DNA of 64,000 bases from the human T2T-CHM13v2.0 reference genome, Homo sapiens: NCBI RefSeq assembly GCF_009914755.1, contig NC_060931.1, one strand, 5' to 3'. The translations under genes and the position numbers were made by a program. Below, in pieces: positions 55,389 through 64,000 of this stretch (position 1 is its first letter; each line of letters opens with the position of its first letter). The notes under the pieces are model-generated. The model was not told the origin of the DNA. It worked only from the letters and a program-made list of their open reading frames with translations, and did not search any database.

Positions 55389-57232
55389 GTATTCACTCAT
55401 ATGTAACAATTAATAGTTTTTTTATGTATTACCCTTTTAGATGCTTTGAATAAGAGCTACATGGTCCATTCATACTGAATGGGGAATAATAAATACAAAT
55501 AAACCTGGTCATTTGTGCTGATAAACCACAGATAAACTATCTTTGATAGCAAGTACATAAAAAATCTGAGAAAAATACATAGGTGATAATTGCAGTGTAT
55601 TACTACTTCCCATTGTATAATAAGTCTATATAGCATTGATATAGTAGGTCTATATCCAAGAATCAATGTAGAGTGATTCAGCATTTATAAATTTTAAAGT
55701 AATGAATATTGTATTTAGCTTCTTTAATGTCTTCTTTAAAAATCCTGATATGAAAAAAGTTCAACAAATAGTTAATTTCTATTACTTTAAAAACTCAATA
55801 ATGACAATATTTTAGTCTCCAGAGCATATGCTACCAATGCAAATTAGAGAACTTTCATTACAATATCAGATTCAATAACACTTTCCTATAGAAATCTGTA
55901 AGCTCATAGATAATAAAGCAACTTATTTTGCATGGAAGTCAAGTTCCTGCTTTGAAGTGAATTTGATATGCTTGTCGTATTTGTGTGAAAGCTTTGGGAA
56001 TATCTCTTTAGCAGTTATTATAAATGTAAAATAAAAGTATGACGTAAATATAATTTTTTCTCCTTAAAGATAGTAAAAAACAAGTATATTTTATATCGCT
56101 AATAAAGTAATATTTCATAATCACATCAAATTTCATATTTGTACATGATTTCAAACATAACAGCTATCCATCACATATAGTTTACCTCTTAAAAAACATT
56201 GGTACTACATTCATTCTACTCTAGTTGTTCATAAACAAGCTTTTTTTGTATATTTTAAAAATTTCTTTGAATATTGTCCTATTTGAGAATTTTGAAAATA
56301 TTTCTTCTCTATTATTGCTTATATCTCAAGCACTTTATAATTTAGAATTATCTGTGAATTCCATTAGTATAAAAATTTGCATTCATATTTTTGAGTTTGA
56401 CAATGCAATTTTCTTTAAGTACTTTCCACCAAAACTGTATAATTTATCAGTAAAAAGAAAAACATAATAAAACTTGATCAAGTCAGATACTGTCCCTATA
56501 AACAATTTAATAAATGCAAAACAATGACTATCAAATGTAAGTAACTTATCTGGGATTAAATTCTTTGACTAATAGAATGTAAGTTATTTAATGAGAGGGA
56601 GAAAGGAGCAGAATAAGTGTTCTCATCTTTATTCCATGGGAATCAAAAATCTCTATAAGAAGCTACTTTTCATTTTCACCAAATTTTAGGAGGCTCAAAG
56701 CAAGAAAGGACCTATGATGAAGTTCAAGGGTGAAGTGGAAAACCAGAGCTGCTTATTGGGAGGTTCATGTTCCAACACAAAAGGAAGTCATGAGGAATCC
56801 AAGAGGAGGGAGACAGTGGTTTAAACCAATTTGAAGATAATTCAGGCTGAGATCAATTAGCATAATTTAGTTACTAATTGAGAATCTCTACTTTATTTAT
56901 GCCTACATCAAATAACATCACATTAATTTACATTTTACCTACTAATATATCTGCTTGATACTACAAAACATTTCTGTGCTTTTCCACCAACTTTCTTACC
57001 TATACAGATACTTCAAAATTGAACTAGTACGACACCTCCAATTTTCCTAACAACAGTTTTGTTCGTTTGTAACCATAGTGTGAACAAGGGATCACTAAGT
57101 TGTTTGATAGTTTCAACTATTTTAGATATAAAAGTTGAAGGTGAATATATCAAATTAACACAAAAAAACTATGCAATATATTATGTAACGTGGTTAAATA
57201 TTGACTTTTGCATTAGTAAAATATAGAGTTTG

Positions 57233-57233
<1 letters not shown>

Positions 57234-57278
<45 letters not shown>

Positions 57279-57296
57279 CGAGAGAGAGAGAGAGAG
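57234..57296. repeat. Compound (TA)22-(GA)n microsatellite
   Basis: Direct reading. Confidence 0.97.
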
Positions 57297-60200
57297 GTTA
57301 AAATCGTATCTAGTGTATCTGATTACATGTTATCATTCCACTTTTTCCTGCCCTGGTCATCCTACACCCTTCCCCTAAAAATAGAAAGATAGAACCTCAG
57401 CATTTTAGGTGGGGGTAGGAGAGGATAGAGGGCAGATCTCTTATCCAAGGGTGTTCTGTCAGGTAAGACGCACAAAAGAAAGACATGGTAAAGGAAAGAA
57501 TAGACGGTGTAAATACTTACATAATCTTAGTTTTATTTACTGTAAGGAAAAATGTTGGGAGGAAGAAAATGAGGCAGGAAAATGGACATGAAGCCTTTCC
57601 TTCCGATGGCATCTTTAACAAGAATACCAACATGTTAATCATCATAAAAATCCCACATATGCTACCTAGGAGCTTTACGCTGTTGCAAAAGTGACTTTCA
57701 AGTTGGAGAAACAGAAAGAGAAAATACACATTTATCTTCAAACTAAGTAAATATCTCACTCAAAATGTTGAGTAGAGTGGGTTTGTTTCTTTGTCAATCT
57801 AAATGAAATGTAAACCCAATCGGGGAAGCTGTCTTTGACAATCTTTATATTTCATTAAAATATAGCACAATTTTCTTTCATTTGTCTTCCATTTTTTAAT
57901 AATAATATTCTCTCAGTGTACTAATTATGACACATGTTCAGAATAAAACATACATATTTCAACAGCCTTTAGTTATTGAGAGAATAATTAAAATGAAATG
58001 TACATAATTTACGGCAAGCAAAAGTAAGTTTTAAAAATTGAGACATACTTATTAACCAAATATAGTTAACTAAATAACACACTTTCTAAGCAGGGAGACA
58101 TTTTGCATAAGAACTATTAAATTCTCATAACACTTAAAAAACCAATAGTAAACCTTTGTTGACAAACATGGTTGTTAAAGAATAAAGATAGGTAAAATTT
58201 CATGTAGAATGGGCAAAAATAAAAATTATTGCAAACTCATAAGTATCTAACATGGTCAGTTTAGACATGTACTTTTCAAATTAGATTATTCAATCACATC
58301 AGTGTGAAAAATAGGTAAAAATTGTAACTCTTTGTATGTAACATAGTAATCTGACTCCATGTTTGATAATTTAGCAAAAAAGTAGGGTTCGTGGGATGAA
58401 TATTTGGGAAACAGGTTGGCTGAGAGAGCCAGGCATATAATATAAGTTCAAGGTGAAGAAGAATTGTCTCAAGGCCTTCCATCTTTCTTCTATACCTACA
58501 CAACATAAAATTTGTGTGTGTGTGTGTGTATTTAGATTATATTGTGTATTTTTACTGTATTTAGACCAGCATTTAGTTTTGGCAAAGAAATAAACAACTA
58601 AACTGTGTAACAGTAGCACATATTTTATTTTTTAGAGCACTTTCAGGTTGATAGCAAAATTGAGAGGAAGGTACACAGATTTTCCATGTACACTCAGATA
58701 TAATAGAAGCTGTATAACATTTTCAAGAAGTTTATGAAGCGTAAAGCTCTAAAAGCATTAGATATTCAAATATAGTCCTGCAATATTATTTTCCCAAGAG
58801 TCACTTGATATAATGAAATTTAACATTGATTGCTACTATGTGCAGCTATTTAGAGAATTGATTTCTCCTAATAATCTGGCTGCTGTAAATATTTTACACA
58901 AAGGGCAGCCCTAATGAAAACATTTTAGGATTTTTCAAACAATTATATTTCAAGTCTGAGAAAAGCTAAGTGCATTTAAACTTGCCTTTTCTGCCCATGA
59001 ATATTGAAAGGGCAATTTCGTTTCCATGACTGTGATTCATTGATATCTAATTCATCAAATAAGGCTTTATGAGTGCTATTTGATGTTTAAGGGATCTCAT
59101 GAGTCTATTAGCCTTTTAAAGCTCTTCTTCTTTGAACCAGGAAGCTATGCTTTGCCAAGCTTAGAATATAACTAGTTTTCCAAAAAGCATATGCTCACTC
59201 TTAAGAGTCAGATTTTACTAGATTTGAATTGCACTCAATGACTAAAGCATTTTTTGTCATCTCCTCAGGATAATATGAGAAGAAAATAGAGTATGTTCTA
59301 AAGAAGCTACAGAAAATTAAAAATCAGAGTTTTTTTTTTTAACAAGGCTACCTATAATTGATAACATTTAAAAAAATAATTTGATCTAAGAATTATTGAA
59401 TAATAGATAAAGCCAGCTTCAATAATTAGTAACAAAAGGGTGAGTTGTGAGATTCAATTAATTTAACAAGCATATATCAACATTTACATTACAAAGATTC
59501 AAAGACTTAAGGGTACCCTGCCTTCAAAGAGTTTACAGTTGAGTAGTAGAGGACTATATGTAAAGAAATAATTACTATACATTATAATAAGTGAATTAAC
59601 AGAACTACCCACACTGAACACAGAAGAAAAAACGACTTTCTCCCTCTGGTGAGTTCAGGGCAGGTTATATAAAATGAAATATATTTGTAGTTGACTATTA
59701 ATGATAATGGAAGTTTTACACATAGGCAAAGAAGGGAGACTGTGGATTATTGACCCCCAAAATACCATCAGAAGTATATTTTTTCCAATGGTAAGTGAGG
59801 CAGAGTGATTTCTCTTCACTCTAATAATAATAGATAAGAAAAATCCACCCAATCTGTCATTTATAAAACCTTGTACAAAGCTTAAAAATGACAAAAGCCA
59901 TTGAATGTTTTAATGTAGAAGTGACAGGACAAGATATGTGTTGCAGAGAGAAAAACAGAATCAACATATGTAGATAAATATTCCATTTCCAGTAGTGCCA
60001 CCAATGTGCTATAAATCATTTAGTTTTTTTTCTGCTTCACTAATCTATTTTTCTCTTTATTCTCTTGTTTCTCTTTAGTACTACAATTATTTTTATTATT
60101 TCAACATTTATTTTAGAATCAGAGGGTACATGTGCATGTTTGGTACATTGGTATATTCCAAGATGCTGAGGTTTGAAATAGGAATGATCCCATCACCCAA

Positions 60201-60779
60201 GTAGTGAGTGTAATACTCAATAGTTTTTCAACCCTTCACATCTCCCTCCCTCCTCTTTCTGGTAGTCTCCAGTGGCTATCATTGCCATCTTTATTTCCAT
60301 GAGTAGCCAGTATTTAGCACCCACTTATAAGCCAGAACATACGGTATTTTGTTTTCTGTTCCTGCATTAATTCACTTAGGATAATTGTCTCCAGCTTCAT
60401 TCATGTTGCTGCAAAAAGACATAATTTCATTTCTTTTTGTGGCTGCATAGTATTTCATGGTGCATATGTGCCATATTTACTTTATCAAATCCACCATTGA
60501 TAGACATCTAGGTTGATTCCATATCTTTGCTATTATGGATAATGCTGTGATGAACATACAAATGTGAATTTTTTTTTTTTTTTTTGTAGAACAATTTATT
60601 TTCTTTAGGGCATATACCTAGTAACAGGATTGCTGGGTTGAATGGTAGTTCTGCTTTAAGTTATTTGAAAAATTATCAAACTGTTTTCCACAATGGCTGA
60701 ACTAATTTACATTTCCTACCACAGTGTATAATGGTTTCCTTCCTCTCCATAGCCTCTCTATCACCTGTTATTTGACTTT

Positions 60780-61800
60780 ATTATTATTATTATTATTATT
60801 ATACTTTAAGTTCTGGGGTAAATGTGCAGAACGTGCAGGTTTGTTACATAGGTATACATGTGCCATGGTGGTTTGTTGCACCCATCAACCCATCATTTAC
60901 ATTAGGTATTCCACCTAATGCTATCCCTCCCCTAGCCTCCCACCCCCCGACAGGCCCCAGTGTGTGATGTTCCCCTCCCTGTGTCCATGTGTTCTCACTG
61001 ATCAACTCTCACTTATGAGTGAGAACATGCAGTGTTTGGTTTTCTGTTCTTGTGTTAGTTTGCTGAGAATGATGGTTTCCAGCATCATCCATGTCCCTGC
61101 AAAAGACATGAACTCATCCTTTTTTCTGGCTGCTTAGTATTCCATGGTGTATATGTGCCATATTTTCTTAATCCAGTTTATCATTGATGGACATTTGGGT
61201 TCGTTCCAAGTCTTTGCTATTGTGAACAGTGCTGGAATAAACATATGTGTGCCTATGTCTTTATAGTAGAATGATTTATAATGCTTTTGGGTATATACCC
61301 AGTAATGGTATTGCTGGGTCAAATGGTATTTCTAGTTCTAGATCCTTGAGGAATTGCCATACTGTCTTCCACAATGGTTGAACTAATTTACACTCCCATC
61401 AACAGTGTAAAAGTGTTCATATTTCTCCACATCCTCTACAGCATCTGTTGTTTTCTGACTTTTTAATGATCACCATTCTAACTGGCATGAGATGGTATCT
61501 CATTGTAAGTTTGATTTGCATTTCTCTAATGAGCAGTGATTATCAGCTTTCTTTCATGTTTGTTGGCTGCATAAATGTCTTCTTTTGAGAAGTGTCTGTT
61601 CATATTCTTCACACACTTTTTGATGGGTTTGTGTTTTTTTTGTAAATTTGTTTAAGTTCTTTGTAGATTCTGGATATTAGCCCTTTGTCTGATGGACAGA
61701 TTGTAAAAACTTTCTCCCTTTCTGTAGGTTGCCTGTTCACTCTGATGATAGTTTCTTTTGCTGTGCAGAAGATCTTTAGTTTAATCAGATGCCATTTGTC
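60780..61800 (-). mobile_element. 5'-truncated L1PA7/8-type element nested in the older L1
   Basis: (TTA)n tail, 3'UTR and ORF2 end; TSD ttgacttt at 60772-60779 and 61801-61808. Confidence 0.92.
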
Positions 61801-62960
61801 TTGACTTTTCAATAGTAGTCATTCTGACTACTGTAAGGTGGTATCTTGTGGATTTGATTTACATTTCTCAGATAATTAGTGATGTGGATCATTTTTTCTT
61901 GTTTATTGGCTGTTTGTCTTCTTTTGAGAAGTGTGTGTTCATCTATGCACACAAACTAGAAAATATAGAGGAAATGGCTAACTTCCTGGAAACACAGGAA
62001 CTCCTAAGAGTAAATCAGGAAGAAATTGAAACCCTAAATAGACCAATATTGAGTTCCAAAATTGAATCAGTAGTAAAAAATCTACCGACCAAAAAAAGCC
62101 CTGGACAAAATGGATTCACAGCAAAATTCTACTAGACATATAAAAAGAGCTGGCACCAATTCTACTGAAATGATTCCTAAAAATTGAGAAGGAGGGACTC
62201 CTCCCTAACTTATTCTAGTAAGCCAGAACCACCCTGATACCAAAACCTGGCAAAGACACAACAAAAAGAAAACTACAGGCCAATATCCCTAATGAGGACA
62301 GACATAAAAATCCTAAACAAAATAGTAGCAAATCAAATCCAGCAGCATGTCAAAGAGTTATTTTACCATGATCAAGTAGGTTTCATTCCTGGGATGTAAG
62401 GTTGATTCAAATTACTCAAATAAATGAATGCAATTCATCACATAAACATAATTAATGATAAAATGCTATATGATCATCTCAATAAATACAGAAAAGCCTT
62501 CAATAAAATCCAACATCCCAACATGATAAAAGCCCTCAACAAGCTAAGAATTGAAGGAATATATGTCAAAATATTAAGAGCCATTTATGATTAATGCATA
62601 GCCAACATCATGAACAGGCAAAAACTGGAAACATTCCCCTTGAGAAGTGGAACAAGACAAGGATGCTCACTCCCACCACTGCTATTTAACATAGTACTGA
62701 AAGTTCTAGCTAGAGCAATCAGGCAAGACAAATAAATAAAAGGCATCCAAATAAAACAAGTAGTCAAACTATATCTCCTTGCTGACTACATCATTGTATA
62801 CCTAGAAATCCCTAAACACTCTGCCAAAAGGCTGGTGACTAATAAACAACTTCAGTAAAGTTTCAGGATACAAAATTAACGTACAAAAATCAGTAGCATT
62901 TTTATACACCAATAATATTCAAGCTGACAGCTAAAGAGTGTGATCCCATGTACAACAGCT

Positions 62961-62986
62961 ACACACACACACACACACACACACAC
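62961..62986. repeat. (CA)n microsatellite within L1 ORF2
   Basis: Direct reading. Confidence 0.95.
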
Positions 62987-63033
62987 TACCTGGGAACACA
63001 TCTGTCCAAAGAGGTGAAAGATCTCTACGAGGA

Positions 63034-63426
<393 letters not shown>

Positions 63427-64000
63427 TTAATACCATTGAAATGTCCATACCACCCAAAGCAATCTACAGATTCAACACTATATCTATCAAACTACCAATG
63501 TCATTTTTTCACAGAATTAGAAAGCACTATTGTAAAATTCACATGGAATCAAAAAAGAGCCAGAATAGCCAAAGCAATCCTAAGCAAAACAAAACAAAAC
63601 AAAGCTGGAGGCATCACATTACCCTACTTTAAACTGTGCTGTAAGGCTACAGTATCCGAAACAGCATGGTACTGGTATAAAAACAGACACATAGATTAAT
63701 GGAACCAAATAGGGAACTCAGAAACAGAACTGCACACCTAAAACTATCTGATGTTCAAAAAAGTCAACAAAAATAAGCAATGGGGAAAGAACTTCCTATT
63801 CAATAAATGGTGTTGGGATAACTGGCTAGCTATATGCAGAATATTGAAACTGGACCCCTACTTTTTACCATATACAAATATTAACTCAACCTGGATTAAA
63901 AATTTAAATGTAAGACATTAAACTATAAGAATCCTAGAAGAAAACCTAGGAAACACCATTCTGGACTTTGCCCTTGGGAAAGAATTTATGACTAAGTCCT

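Overview
Primate (human-like), very AT-rich intergenic or deep-intronic DNA dominated by transposable elements. I found no host-gene exon I can recognise, and no RNA gene or prokaryotic system. The centrepiece is a near-full-length L1PA4-type LINE-1 (30660-36787, 14-bp TSD). Its ORF1 is intact, its ORF2 is broken after an intact endonuclease domain, its ORF0 is truncated, and it lacks the first ~50 nt including the YY1 site. It sits inside an older, internally deleted L1MA. Also present: at least 10 Alus, THE1/MLT1/MLT2 LTRs (one LTR-int-LTR MaLR), several older L1 pieces (two with 5' inversions), a 1.4-kb AT-rich expansion and microsatellites. Two signals are not explained by ordinary repeat annotation. 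First, there are three separate DNA-level templated insertions, each copied in direct orientation from 1.5-3.7 kb away (76 bp at ~5015, 392 bp at 48407 with fold-back junctions, 167 bp at 53373), plus a tail-less, TSD-less L1 fragment; together these look like a record of repeated break repair. Second, a THE1 LTR carries a perfect 21-bp tandem duplication of its DUX4-type motif. All identities and subfamily calls were made by eye from remembered consensus sequences and need confirming with RepeatMasker/BLAST.
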